Shown in pieces: positions 9,586 to 20,096 of a stretch of 64,000 nucleotides of DNA. Each line of letters opens with the position of its first letter. Within the stretch, counting starts at the first letter, position 1. This stretch comes from a virus, in the IMG/VR virus record IMGVR_UViG_3300029319_000010, positions 32,001 through 96,000 of that record. The stretch is one strand, 5' to 3'. Both the position numbers and the translations under genes were made by a program. The notes under the pieces were generated by a model. That model saw nothing but the letters and a program-made list of their open reading frames with translations. It made no database searches and was not told the origin of the DNA.

Positions 9586-10674
9586 TTACATATTCCAATA
9601 ATATTCTACATCATTAAGCAACTTAACTAATTGCTCTTCATTTATAGGGTTTTTAAAGTAATGTAACATATCTTCTGTAGTTTTACCTACTCTACCTCCT
9701 TGATAAAAATAAGTTCCGTCTGCACCAAATTTTATAAAGTTGTAAAATACAGCATCTTTAACTGCTGACTTAATTTTTAAATCTTCCATTTCCATTCTAG
9801 AAGCATCTAAAAATGATTGAGCAGCTCTTCTTTTATTACTATCTGTACCATGCCCATGAATATAATTGTCCATATTTTCATAGATAATGTCATTTGCTAC
9901 AGTCTTATTATATTGTACACTATCTGCATCTACTACTTTTGCTACATAAAATAGTTTACTATTATTACTATCATACATACTTGTTAGTGCAGCTAACGCT
10001 CTATTTCTTAATTTAGATATTTCAGTTCTTGAACTTACAGTATCCTCTAATTTATCTAAATAAAACTTAAAACTACCTTGTTGTTTTGCAATTCTTAAAT
10101 TAGGTGCAATTATAGAAAATCCACCTGCCTCAATTGCATAAAGTTTTATTAAATCATAAGGGTCAGTTGAAGGATCTAAATATAAAGGTTCATTACCAAC
10201 TCTTATACTAATTTTTTTCCAGAACTCATGATTATCATGTCTTAACAATTTTACTTTATTCCAAAACTCAGGATCTTCTGCATCTATAATATTTGCTGCT
10301 AAATCAGCTTCTAATTGTGCTACAGCTTTTCTTATCTCTTTAATCTTAGCATGTCTCTCTGCTGTAGGTAATTTCTTTACTTCAGGTGCAAATTCATTTA
10401 AACCTGTAACATATCTTTTTATACCGTTAATTTCAAGACATGTTAGTTCCTCTTCATGAACTACTCCTTCAAAAAGTGACATTGCATAATGTTCTAATCC
10501 CATATTTTCATTAGATTGATCAAAATAAACTCTTATTGCAATGTTTTGATTTTTTCCTTCTTGATATTTTTCAATTAATGTAAAATCTTTTTTTACATCA
10601 ATTGGTTTAGTATCAATTATTTGTTCAACAACTTCAGTTGTTTCTTTTTTAATATTAGTTTTTTTCTTTGCCAT
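9586..10674 (-). CDS. Conserved crAss-like protein immediately downstream of the major capsid gene
   Basis: 362 aa; synteny with MCP; YVTGL and FW...LDP patterns. Confidence 0.55.
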   Translation of the reverse strand: MAKKKTNIKKETTEVVEQIIDTKPIDVKKDFTLIEKYQEGKNQNIAIRVYFDQSNENMGLEHYAMSLFEGVVHEEELTCLEINGIKRYVTGLNEFAPEVKKLPTAERHAKIKEIRKAVAQLEADLAANIIDAEDPEFWNKVKLLRHDNHEFWKKISIRVGNEPLYLDPSTDPYDLIKLYAIEAGGFSIIAPNLRIAKQQGSFKFYLDKLEDTVSSRTEISKLRNRALAALTSMYDSNNSKLFYVAKVVDADSVQYNKTVANDIIYENMDNYIHGHGTDSNKRRAAQSFLDASRMEMEDLKIKSAVKDAVFYNFIKFGADGTYFYQGGRVGKTTEDMLHYFKNPINEEQLVKLLNDVEYYWNM

Positions 10675-10706
10675 TTTAGTTAGGTTTTAAAATTAAAAAA
10701 AAAGAT

Positions 10707-10731
10707 AAAAGAGGGGAACTTGTCCCCTCCT
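10707..10731 (-). terminator. Intrinsic terminator after the major capsid gene
   Basis: GAGGGG...CCCCTC stem (10711-10729) with a U-run on the minus strand. Confidence 0.7.
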
Positions 10732-10748
10732 TAATCCATACATAAATA

Positions 10749-12383
10749 TTAGAATGATCCTCCAGTAACTGGATTTTTCATTACTATTTTAAGGACTTTA
10801 GTCGGATCCTTAACCCATACAGCTGGGAAGGTTTGAGTCATATAAACTCTATACCCATTAAACTGTCCAGATGAAGCAAATCCTTGTGTTCTACCCATGT
10901 AGTCCATTGTACCATTTTGGTAGAACCATTTTAATTGATTATCCCAAGAAAGTTTCAACAAGTGAATGTTGTCATTTCCAGTCTCAGTAACGTCAAAGAT
11001 AATAAAGCTATAAGAGCTTAAAGGTCTTCCGTCAATAAGTGGATTCTCAATATCATTAGTGTGTAAGTTATCAAAAGCAGGATTTAATACAAATCTTACG
11101 TTTGCTAAGAAAGGTATTACATAAGATGTGAATGCATATCCAAACCCTAAATCCATACCTGATCCAGAAACAATACCATTATTGTCTGCATTGATAACAT
11201 AATTATTTCCTAAACCTGCTGCTTCTGCTGCAATAGCATCATTTACAAGTTTCATACCACCAATACCTGTTTGAACAATTAATGTTCTTTGTGGATCTGG
11301 TCCTTCTAATTCAACTTTACCTTGATAGAAGTTATAAAGTTCAGACTTAAACATATCTAAGCTGAAAGAAGACTTATTATAGATTCTCTTGTAAGAGTTA
11401 TCTAATTGCTTCCAAAGACCTACAGACATTCTAATATCATCTGGCCCATCTTGTCTAACTCTACCTCCGTGTCCCCACATTAGGTAAGTCTCAATATCTG
11501 CTGCAATCTTATTTAAGTGTGCAGCTTCTAAATTTGTTAAGAAAGTTCTTGTTAAGTTTCCTTCATCAAATGCTCTTTTTACATAATCAGCACCCATGAT
11601 CTCAACCATGCTTTCTAAAGAAGAAACTGATGGATTTACATCTTGATCAAAAGTTCTCCAAATTTCTGTAACTGGAATAGAACCATCAGCATTCATTCCA
11701 CCTTTAAGCATTAAATCTGCTCTAGATGAAACTGAATAGTGAACGTGTGCTTCAGCTCCTCCTACAAAGTTGTAGAACTCTCTGAAACCTGTTCCTGTTT
11801 CAATATCTGAAAATCTTTCTCCGTATTCTCCTCTTGCAGAACCTTTTCTAAAGAACTTGGTTCCTGACTTTAAGTAATCATCTTTTAAACCTGCAGTATT
11901 ATCACTGTTAACAAGTTGTACAGTATAAACAAATCCGTCACCTGATGGTAAAATGTCATCAGCTGTAACGTAAAGTTCTTTACCGTTATACTTGTCATAA
12001 GTAATAATATCTCCATGTCCAAATGTTCTCTTACTTAAAAGAATTTTGAATGTTTGCCCATCAATACCTCTAATAGTTCCTGCAGTGTCAGTGACACCGT
12101 CAATCTTACCTAGAGAGTAAGGAAGGTCTTGTACAATGGGAGTTTGCCATTTATACTCACCTCTAGCGTTGTCTACCATAATTGTATTCTGTCCACCAAA
12201 TGAAGCTAATTGATACAAAGGCATCTCTACCTTTTGTGTCATAGCCCATAAGTCAACTGGACCCATATCCATAGGTTCAGCAGATCCTAACATTGCTGTT
12301 AAGTGGTAAGAATCAACATGAGAACTAGCCTTGTAGTTTGTATCTCTTAGGAAAATCCCATTATTTAAAACTGGTGTTGCCAT
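10749..12383 (-). CDS. Major capsid protein (crAss-like HK97 fold)
   Basis: 544 aa; EYKWQ, YLMWG...GLWKQL, TGIGGM, NPAFDN and VWVKDPTKVLKI resemble crAss-like MCPs; follows portal and scaffold; own terminator. Confidence 0.85.
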   Translation of the reverse strand: MATPVLNNGIFLRDTNYKASSHVDSYHLTAMLGSAEPMDMGPVDLWAMTQKVEMPLYQLASFGGQNTIMVDNARGEYKWQTPIVQDLPYSLGKIDGVTDTAGTIRGIDGQTFKILLSKRTFGHGDIITYDKYNGKELYVTADDILPSGDGFVYTVQLVNSDNTAGLKDDYLKSGTKFFRKGSARGEYGERFSDIETGTGFREFYNFVGGAEAHVHYSVSSRADLMLKGGMNADGSIPVTEIWRTFDQDVNPSVSSLESMVEIMGADYVKRAFDEGNLTRTFLTNLEAAHLNKIAADIETYLMWGHGGRVRQDGPDDIRMSVGLWKQLDNSYKRIYNKSSFSLDMFKSELYNFYQGKVELEGPDPQRTLIVQTGIGGMKLVNDAIAAEAAGLGNNYVINADNNGIVSGSGMDLGFGYAFTSYVIPFLANVRFVLNPAFDNLHTNDIENPLIDGRPLSSYSFIIFDVTETGNDNIHLLKLSWDNQLKWFYQNGTMDYMGRTQGFASSGQFNGYRVYMTQTFPAVWVKDPTKVLKIVMKNPVTGGSF

Positions 12384-12438
12384 AATTGATTGTTGTTAAT
12401 TGATTAATATTCTTGTTATCTATTGTTGTTATATTTTT

Positions 12439-12807
12439 TTACAATAAGTATCCTACTGTAAAGTTAAATTTTCCTGCTGTTAAAGTTGCTGTTGCTATTG
12501 TAACTCCAATTGCCGCATTAGATGTAGCTGTAATTGGTGTATTAGGTGCAGTGCCAAGTGGCATAAAACCTGTTCCAGTTAAATTAGCAATTGTGTATGC
12601 CGGTGATATGTTTACACCACCTCCTGTTAATGTTAAAGTAGCACTACCTCCACTAGTCATAGCTTCAGTTTTCTCTACTATAATTTCAACAACAGTAGCC
12701 CCCTTTGGTATATTATCAGTAACAGCTAAAGTTTGTGCTCCAGCAGTAGCTCCATCAGAACTGTAGTCATATGAAGCTTTTACATAGTATTTTTGTGGAT
12801 TTCCCAT
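12439..12807 (-). CDS. Putative capsid decoration/cement protein
   Basis: 122 aa, beta-rich A/T/G composition, IPKGATVV motif, located between scaffold and MCP. Confidence 0.5.
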   Translation of the reverse strand: MGNPQKYYVKASYDYSSDGATAGAQTLAVTDNIPKGATVVEIIVEKTEAMTSGGSATLTLTGGGVNISPAYTIANLTGTGFMPLGTAPNTPITATSNAAIGVTIATATLTAGKFNFTVGYLL

Positions 12808-12853
12808 GATTAAAAATTATTTAAGTGTTAATATTCTAGTTAATTATTTGTTT

Positions 12854-14140
12854 TTACATTCTTTTAAAAATATTATTTCCTCTTGGTATTCTTCTAGGAG
12901 CTTTTTTCCTAGTAGCAGCTTCTTCTTTCTCTTGTACTGCTGAAGAAACTTTATTAGCTTGTGCAGATTTTAATTTTCTAACTGTATCTGCTACTGCTTT
13001 GTTTTCTCCTTTCTTCATTATATTACTTTTATATCCTTTTGGATCTGCTAGTAACCATAATGCTTCTGTTATCAAAGGATAGTTTGGTTCTACAAACTGA
13101 TACTTTTCTAACAAATGTCCCAATAGGTTTGTGTTCTTTCCACTAATTGATGGATATGCTGGATTTACTAAACCATTGTATAATAAATTCTGTGTTCTCT
13201 TATCTACTTTAACCTCTCCTACTTTTCCATCTTTTAATGTGTTGTACACATTCTGCATATAATTTTTAGATGCTTGTGCTTGCTTTCTTTTCTTCATTTC
13301 TTGCTCTTGAAGTTTTCTAGCAATTACTTTCTCTTGCATCTTATCTAACTTTGGTTTAAACTTTAAAGCTTGTTTTTCAAGTTTTCCTAAGTCTTTCCAA
13401 ACATCTATTTCTTCTTCAATCTCTTCTGCTGTTCCGAAACCTGTTGCTCCCAAAAAGTCTCTTACAATCTTTTCTTGATCTTTTTCTTTCTTAGGATTTA
13501 ATTCTCTTACTTCTTCTACATGTGATAATGCACCAAATAAGCCTTTTAAATCTTTACCTCCGTCAGCTACATATCTTGCAGCTACTTGTAATTCTTGTGG
13601 CAAACTGTCAAAGAACTGTTTAGGAGTTTCTTTCCTTACTGCTCTTGCTTTTTCATCTAAGTTAGCTTGAATTAATTCTTGCCAATCCTTAGCTGTGTAT
13701 TCATCTAACTCTTTTCCATCATCAAAAGCTAATAGTTTTTCTTCATCTATTAACTTTTTAAATACATCAGATACACCTTCAATCTTCCTTCTCCCTCTTT
13801 TCTTTTGTTCTACTTGCTCCTCTTCTACTTCATCTTCAACTCCTAGAACTTCATCTATATTTACAGGATCTTTTTTTGCTTCAACTTTTACCTCTTCTAC
13901 TTTTTCTTCTACCTTTTCTTCTGTTTCTTCTGTCTCTGCTTTTGTTTCTTCTTTTACTTCTGGAGTTTTATCTATAAAAGAAACATCTACATCCTTTTTT
14001 TTGCTAAAAATATTTGGTTTTGCTGGTTCTTCCGGTGTTGTTATTGATTCACTCCCAGGAGCTCCTCCAAATATTTCATCTAAGTTGACATCTACTTTTT
14101 CAACTTTAGTTTTTTCTACGGTTTTATTTTCTTCTGCCAT
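12854..14140 (-). CDS. Putative capsid scaffolding protein
   Basis: 428 aa, acidic disordered N-terminus and helical charged body; between portal and MCP. Confidence 0.6.
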   Translation of the reverse strand: MAEENKTVEKTKVEKVDVNLDEIFGGAPGSESITTPEEPAKPNIFSKKKDVDVSFIDKTPEVKEETKAETEETEEKVEEKVEEVKVEAKKDPVNIDEVLGVEDEVEEEQVEQKKRGRRKIEGVSDVFKKLIDEEKLLAFDDGKELDEYTAKDWQELIQANLDEKARAVRKETPKQFFDSLPQELQVAARYVADGGKDLKGLFGALSHVEEVRELNPKKEKDQEKIVRDFLGATGFGTAEEIEEEIDVWKDLGKLEKQALKFKPKLDKMQEKVIARKLQEQEMKKRKQAQASKNYMQNVYNTLKDGKVGEVKVDKRTQNLLYNGLVNPAYPSISGKNTNLLGHLLEKYQFVEPNYPLITEALWLLADPKGYKSNIMKKGENKAVADTVRKLKSAQANKVSSAVQEKEEAATRKKAPRRIPRGNNIFKRM

Positions 14141-14249
14141 AATTCTTTGGTTTTAATTATTACTACATTAATAATATAATAAAAAGTTTTTAGTAAACTT
14201 CAAAAATTTTTTATTTTAAATTAGATTTTTATCAGTATATAGCTATCTA

Positions 14250-17009
14250 CTATTTTTCTTCCTTTTTATCAGGATTTTTAACGTCATATCTATTTTTATT
14301 CTCTTTTGCTATTTCTAATTTAGTATTAGCTATATCACGTTGTGCTACTATCTTTTCTCTATCTAATGCTGCTTTATTATTACTTATAGCTGTATCTCTC
14401 ATATTTTTCTCTCTTGCCATGTTCATTTTCTCTCTAAATTGATCTCTTGATGCTAAAGTTTTCTCAGCTTCATTAAAAGTTTTAGCTAAATCTTGTTGTG
14501 TTACATCATCATCCATTCTTGTTGTTCTGATCTGTGCAACTGCAACATCTTTATCACGGTCAGCTTGATTCTCTTGTGCTTGGAATTCACGTTCAGCAGC
14601 TTTCTCTTGAGCTTGAGCTTGAAGTTGTTCTTGCTGCATTTGTTGTTGTTGTTGCATTTCTTGTTGTCTTTGTGACATTTGTTTATCTTCAGCACTCTTT
14701 AATATAGTAGATACTTCAGCAATAGAGTCTGCTTTTATAATATTTCCTAAATCAAAGATGCTTGCTCCAGTAGTATTATTAGATATTGCTAATTGTTTTA
14801 ACTGTTCTAAAGTAGCTCTATGATTTGATTTAGTAGTACAAAATATATTAAAGTCACGCATTAATAATTCTGTTCCATTTATTTGAAAGTTAACTTTTTC
14901 TGCTTCACTAGATATGTAGTTTAATCTTACACTTGGTTTTGTACTATGATAATACTGAGAAAGATCAGTTCTCATTTTGTGTACTCTTGGCATAAGATTA
15001 TCTGAATGTTGAATAAAATACATTTCAGTTTGTGAATATGAAGATTGTACAGCTTGTTGCACACCAGTTGCAGTTTGTCTAGCTATTTCTTGACCCATTC
15101 TTTGAGGATTTACACCAATAGCTTCAAATGCTTGATTTTTAAAATGATTTGCTAACTGTATTCTAGACATTAGCCTATTAGTTTGTTCAAGATTTAATGT
15201 TTGATAATGATTAAAGTTTGTAGCATTTTCTGTATTAGTTATAGAAGTATCAAGTGGTAACATACCAAAGTCTTTCATTGCTACATATGCTTTTGCATAA
15301 TTATTCTTACCCCAATCTTCTCCCATAGAATGACGCGGTAATGCATTCTGATCAAACATAATAACTGTACCAAGTTCATCTACAAGTATATCAGCTATTT
15401 GATTATTTACCATATTATAACCAACTTGGTATGCTTTCATTAAATCTACTAAAGAAGTAGATCTAGTATTTCTATCAGAAAATACTCTACCTTCTACTGG
15501 TAGTTTACAACCATATAAATTATTATCCCCTTTAAATTGAAACTCAACTCTACCTGGAGTTGACTTATTTATACCTATATAAATTGGATTTACATTATTT
15601 TCATCAACTTCTGACATATATGATGTAGGTAAGTTTGGCCCTATTTTTACACCACCCCATACTTCATTAATCCATATCCAATCTACATGTTCTCCCTGTA
15701 CTAAATTATCTCTAGTTTTTTGTTTAAATAGATTTGTATTGTATACGGGTTCTTCTGTTTGTTTCCAATGCTCATCAATTATATGTTGCTGAACAGATCC
15801 ATCATCCATAACTCTAGTTAAGTGGCCAACCTTTCTTTGTGTTTTCCAATATGCTGTAGTAACTCTCATTAATGTACTATCACCCCACATTGCATAATCT
15901 TCACCCTCTCCTAATATGTAATCTACAATATCAGATCCTTGTGAAGTATGATTATAGTTACTCATAAACTGTCTAAAACCTAAAGATGGTGAATCAGTAT
16001 TCCACTTATGAGATTTTGTAGGATCATAAAATGTACCATCATTTTGATAACCTGTTAATTGATATCTTGCTGATTTAGCAGGATGTATTTCTTGTAATGA
16101 TTTTAATTGTTTCTCTGTCATTAAATATCCAAAACAATCTATAACATCTGATACTGTCATCATCTCACACTTACCTACATAGTTACCATCTGATATATAT
16201 CTTGTATCTGGAGACTTTTGATAAAATGTTAACGCAGGATTCCATAGCTCTACCTCATAATCATCTTCCATCATTCTAAAATGCCAAAACTCTCTATCAC
16301 AAATAAGCATATCTCTAAAACCTCTTTCCTCTAACTCTTGCATTTTAAATCTTTCTTCATCTACTTTTAATTGATGACTGGCCCATTCTTCAACTAAACT
16401 TCTATAGTCTTTTTGAAAAAATTCTTCTATCTCAGGTAATGATTTTAAATTTTCTGGTTGCAATTGCTGCTGTGCTTCTTCTGATCCTACATCTACACCC
16501 ATCTTAGCCATTTCTGACATTATCTTTATCTTAGCATCTGCAAGTAAATTTTCTTCTATCATTATTCTTTTTTCTTCTATCATTTCATTATATGATAGAT
16601 CATCTACTGCTCTAAATTGTACTCTAGAATATCTTTTAGAAAACTCTCCAGATAAAACATTAATTACATTTGGGATAATAGGGTAAAATTTTAACTGTAA
16701 TGCAGAACTATCTTCTTGTGTTAAAACATCCATTAGATCTTTATACTCATTATCTTCTTCTATTACATAATCAGTTTTATCTATAATACCTTTTGCAAGC
16801 TTATAATTTTTAAGAATTTTACGTGCATTATTTCTTAACTGCATCATACCTTGATTTTCTAACCAATCTAAGTTCCAAGCAGCCCAATTATTATTTTTCT
16901 TTTTACTTGATAAAAACTGAACAGGTTGTGTCAAGTTAAGACCAGAAGGATAGCCAGAAGATTTTACTTTAGCACCTTGCTTTAATTGTAATGCATTATA
17001 TACTTTCAT
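14250..17009 (-). CDS. Portal protein
   Basis: 919 aa next to TerL; FYPIIPNVINVLSGE, WINEVWGGVKIG, SLVDLMK, IGVNPQRMG; Q-rich coiled-coil C-terminus typical of crAss-like portals. Confidence 0.85.
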   Translation of the reverse strand: MKVYNALQLKQGAKVKSSGYPSGLNLTQPVQFLSSKKKNNNWAAWNLDWLENQGMMQLRNNARKILKNYKLAKGIIDKTDYVIEEDNEYKDLMDVLTQEDSSALQLKFYPIIPNVINVLSGEFSKRYSRVQFRAVDDLSYNEMIEEKRIMIEENLLADAKIKIMSEMAKMGVDVGSEEAQQQLQPENLKSLPEIEEFFQKDYRSLVEEWASHQLKVDEERFKMQELEERGFRDMLICDREFWHFRMMEDDYEVELWNPALTFYQKSPDTRYISDGNYVGKCEMMTVSDVIDCFGYLMTEKQLKSLQEIHPAKSARYQLTGYQNDGTFYDPTKSHKWNTDSPSLGFRQFMSNYNHTSQGSDIVDYILGEGEDYAMWGDSTLMRVTTAYWKTQRKVGHLTRVMDDGSVQQHIIDEHWKQTEEPVYNTNLFKQKTRDNLVQGEHVDWIWINEVWGGVKIGPNLPTSYMSEVDENNVNPIYIGINKSTPGRVEFQFKGDNNLYGCKLPVEGRVFSDRNTRSTSLVDLMKAYQVGYNMVNNQIADILVDELGTVIMFDQNALPRHSMGEDWGKNNYAKAYVAMKDFGMLPLDTSITNTENATNFNHYQTLNLEQTNRLMSRIQLANHFKNQAFEAIGVNPQRMGQEIARQTATGVQQAVQSSYSQTEMYFIQHSDNLMPRVHKMRTDLSQYYHSTKPSVRLNYISSEAEKVNFQINGTELLMRDFNIFCTTKSNHRATLEQLKQLAISNNTTGASIFDLGNIIKADSIAEVSTILKSAEDKQMSQRQQEMQQQQQMQQEQLQAQAQEKAAEREFQAQENQADRDKDVAVAQIRTTRMDDDVTQQDLAKTFNEAEKTLASRDQFREKMNMAREKNMRDTAISNNKAALDREKIVAQRDIANTKLEIAKENKNRYDVKNPDKKEEK

Positions 17010-17014
17010 ACTTA

Positions 17015-17113
17015 TTATTTCTTAATTGTATACTTGATTGACACATCAGTGTAAGAAGAATTAGTTGTCCAAGATATATTAACCATTGTAGGTGTACTGT
17101 TCCAGTATTTCAT
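17015..17113 (-). CDS. Small ORF, 32 aa (MKYWNSTPTMVNISWTTNSSYTDVSIKYTIKK)
   Basis: ATG overlaps the TerL stop (TAATG); the ORF fills the TerL-portal gap. Confidence 0.45.
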   Translation of the reverse strand: MKYWNSTPTMVNISWTTNSSYTDVSIKYTIKK

Positions 17114-19305
17114 TATTTTATATTTTTAAATGCTGATTTCTTAAATTTTTTACCTCCTAATCTGCGTTTGTTACGCCCTAAATTTCTAAAAGGACTACTA
17201 GATAATTTATACAAATTTTTAGACTTTTCCAAGCTATCTGCTGACTTATCCTTTTCTCTGTGCTTTAAATAACCTCTATTAGACTGTTGTATTTTTGCAA
17301 ATGCTATCAATGCAGAAAAAGCTACAAGTCTATCCACGTTAAGACCAGGGTAATACTGTCTCATTTCTATTAGTAACATTTTGTCTGGTATTCTTGATAC
17401 TCCTAACGTTTGTCCTATAACATTTCCATTAACATCTAGATCTTCATCAATAACCTCTCTTATATACTCTATAGCATAAGATATTAAATGACTTTTAAAT
17501 AATGTTCCAGTATTTTTCCAACCATATTCTTGAAATACATTCTTATTTGATCCTAGATCTTTTAAAAATAAAATTTGTTGTTTTGGTACTAGATATTTTT
17601 GTTTCTTTCTAGCTATCATATGTTGAATAAACAATGATATATTATTCTCAACTATAGTCCATGCCTTATACCATTCTATTATAAGCTCTAGTTGTTCATG
17701 TGTTTTATTTATATCATCATATCTACCACACCAAGATGCTACTATCTTATCTTTTTCTATAAATGTTTCAGGTCCATCCGGTGTATTTCTTGTAACCTCA
17801 ACAGCATTCTTATAAACAAATATACTACATAAAGAATCTGATGTTGTTGTTTTACCTTCTGATACAGGGTCAATAGATGCATAATACATCATAAACTTTG
17901 GATTCTTTACAGGTCTTTCCCATACAACTATAGATCCGGTTTTATCTTCTAATTTTTTCTTAACAGGAAATGTAGTTATAGGTAATTTGTTTGTCTTGCT
18001 AGCTTTTATACCATCTTGATCACGTTCTAACTTTATAAACTCATATGCATATTTTTTTTCTTCTATACTTCTTATTTGTTTTTCTAGTATGCTTTGTGGA
18101 AATACAGCTTCTTTTCTATAAGCAAATGCTTCTGCAATATTTATTGGTTTTTGTGATATACGCAATTGATACTGTTCTGGTGCTAAATCTTTTTTCCATT
18201 CATTTCTTTCTTCAACAATAGCTGTAAGAGCTTCTTGTATCATAGAATTGCCGTATTTATCAATAAAGGGCGGCATAGACCATTGTTCTGGTATAAAAAG
18301 ACCTGCAATACCAATACCTCCCTTTTCATCCATTAGATCTGTTTCTACAGCAAATATATCATTTGCCTGTGGATTAAGTATCATTTCTTTTAATGGGTTG
18401 CATTGATCAAGATCACCCACTGATCCTGCAGCAATAAACATACCTGTAGTCATCATACCTGAAGACATTGCTGGTCTAATGTACTCATATGTTTGATCCA
18501 TCTTTGGTGCAATACCAGCCTCTTCATGAAAAAAATAAGTACAAGGTCCACCTACACCTGTTGTAGCATTCTTTTCAAAAGATGCTCCTTGTATTTTAGA
18601 CATAAGTCCTTTATTTGTTTTTCTATTATTTATTCTAACTTCTATCTTTTGCTCCCATAATAATACTTTCTCAGGTGTACATGGTCTATACCATGCAGTA
18701 TGTTCATTAAGAAATGTCTTATATTCATCTAAAAACTTCCAAGAACCTTTATCATTAATATAATCTTTTAGTGATGCTCCCATCTTACATATAGATCCTT
18801 CTTCAAACCAAAATTGATTTATAAGTTTAGCCATATGAAAATATGATGATGCTATCTGTCTTTTCTTTAGAATAGCTGCATGTTTATAATTAAGTTCTGC
18901 TAGAAGCTCATATATAGCCATATGATATTGTGCATCTCTTACTTTAGCAAAGCCATACTTCTTTTCCTCTTTATCAAATATTGGTAAAAAGTTTAACCAC
19001 ATATAGTAGTCTCTTGTTAGATACCATGTTTCCTTTTTTCCTACGTAAATTACACCATCTCTACACTTTTTCTTTTGATCATTCCAATAATTTATAAAAT
19101 CTTTAGATCTAAATGGTTTATCACAATAATATCCTTGCTCATTAAAAATCTTAGCCTCTTTATTAAAGAGATATGCAGTTTTATCAAAATTATATTGACC
19201 TGGCTCTTTAAATAAAACTACTACAAACTTTTTAAACTCATCTTGTGTCTTAAAATCTGTAGTAGTCCACTTATTATCTTTATATGTAGGTATAGATTTA
19301 TACAT
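17113..19305 (-). CDS. terL: Terminase large subunit
   Basis: 730 aa; KKRQIASS Walker-A-like and FFHEEAG Walker-B motifs; ASIDPV and NVDR RNase-H-like nuclease motifs; adjacent to portal. Confidence 0.9.
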   Translation of the reverse strand: MYKSIPTYKDNKWTTTDFKTQDEFKKFVVVLFKEPGQYNFDKTAYLFNKEAKIFNEQGYYCDKPFRSKDFINYWNDQKKKCRDGVIYVGKKETWYLTRDYYMWLNFLPIFDKEEKKYGFAKVRDAQYHMAIYELLAELNYKHAAILKKRQIASSYFHMAKLINQFWFEEGSICKMGASLKDYINDKGSWKFLDEYKTFLNEHTAWYRPCTPEKVLLWEQKIEVRINNRKTNKGLMSKIQGASFEKNATTGVGGPCTYFFHEEAGIAPKMDQTYEYIRPAMSSGMMTTGMFIAAGSVGDLDQCNPLKEMILNPQANDIFAVETDLMDEKGGIGIAGLFIPEQWSMPPFIDKYGNSMIQEALTAIVEERNEWKKDLAPEQYQLRISQKPINIAEAFAYRKEAVFPQSILEKQIRSIEEKKYAYEFIKLERDQDGIKASKTNKLPITTFPVKKKLEDKTGSIVVWERPVKNPKFMMYYASIDPVSEGKTTTSDSLCSIFVYKNAVEVTRNTPDGPETFIEKDKIVASWCGRYDDINKTHEQLELIIEWYKAWTIVENNISLFIQHMIARKKQKYLVPKQQILFLKDLGSNKNVFQEYGWKNTGTLFKSHLISYAIEYIREVIDEDLDVNGNVIGQTLGVSRIPDKMLLIEMRQYYPGLNVDRLVAFSALIAFAKIQQSNRGYLKHREKDKSADSLEKSKNLYKLSSSPFRNLGRNKRRLGGKKFKKSAFKNIK

Positions 19306-19567
19306 CCTCTATAGCCCAAATATCTTGTTGCTTTAATAGAATATGTTCATCTCCCATATGAGATACTTTTACAGGTTGAATAAATTGATTAAATAGAACA
19401 ACTTCACCTTCATGTATACCTTTAACATCATCTCCAATTGCTACAACTGTTCCTTTGTCTTCTGACTCTTGTGCTGTTTCTGGTATATAAATACCACTAC
19501 TTGTTTTTTCTTCAGCTTTGTGTCTTATAATTAGGAGCCTGTCTCCTACTGGTCTTATACTTTTCAT
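19298..19567 (-). CDS. groES: Co-chaperonin GroES (Cpn10)
   Basis: IRPVGDRLLI, KTSSGIYIP mobile loop, GTVVAIG; start moved to the MKSIR ATG to avoid overlap. Confidence 0.9.
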   Translation of the reverse strand: MKSIRPVGDRLLIIRHKAEEKTSSGIYIPETAQESEDKGTVVAIGDDVKGIHEGEVVLFNQFIQPVKVSHMGDEHILLKQQDIWAIEDV

Positions 19568-19577
19568 AGTTTTAAAT

Positions 19578-20096
19578 TTATAATTGATCATATGCTAACC
19601 CTTGTCCACCGCGGACAGAGCTTTTTTGTTCATCTTTCATATCATTATATGCTCCTTTAAATGACTGTCTTATTTGGTCAAATTTAGCAGCAGTATTAAC
19701 TAAAGATGTTAAATTACCGTCTCTACCATGTTCTATAGATGTAGTTTCCATATATCTTGCTAATCTATCTAACATTGTCTTAATACCTTTATATGCTCTA
19801 TATGTAGGCGTTTGATATAATTCTTTACAAGTATCTAAACCATGTCTTATTGGACCATCCTCTGGTGAATCCTCTAAACCTATTTCTTCTATAATCATAT
19901 CTTCTTTTTCATGCTCAGGCATATTAAAAAATGGATTCATATCAGGATCAGGACATGTCATGTAAAATATATACTGATATATAGACAAATAAGTTTTAGG
20001 ATATTTATCCATAATAGTCTTTAGAGACTTTAATGTATAGCAGTGTTCAGTAGGAACAACTTTGCCATTTTGTATGTCAAATAATTTTATTAGCAT
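19578..20096 (-). CDS. Conserved phage protein in the terminase region (function unknown; possible small terminase)
   Basis: 172 aa, helical, C-terminal VRGG; upstream of TerL. Confidence 0.4.
   Translation of the reverse strand: MLIKLFDIQNGKVVPTEHCYTLKSLKTIMDKYPKTYLSIYQYIFYMTCPDPDMNPFFNMPEHEKEDMIIEEIGLEDSPEDGPIRHGLDTCKELYQTPTYRAYKGIKTMLDRLARYMETTSIEHGRDGNLTSLVNTAAKFDQIRQSFKGAYNDMKDEQKSSVRGGQGLAYDQL

Noticed and set aside
13695-14156. Opposite-strand or alternative-frame ORFs in the track (e.g. 570-755, 12413-12766, 13695-14156, 25521-25835, 42458-42859, 52415-52750, 53699-54013, 54039-54368)
   Set aside because: They shadow well-supported genes and have S/F/L-rich antisense composition; 53699-54013 and 54039-54368 hide real minus-strand micro-ORFs
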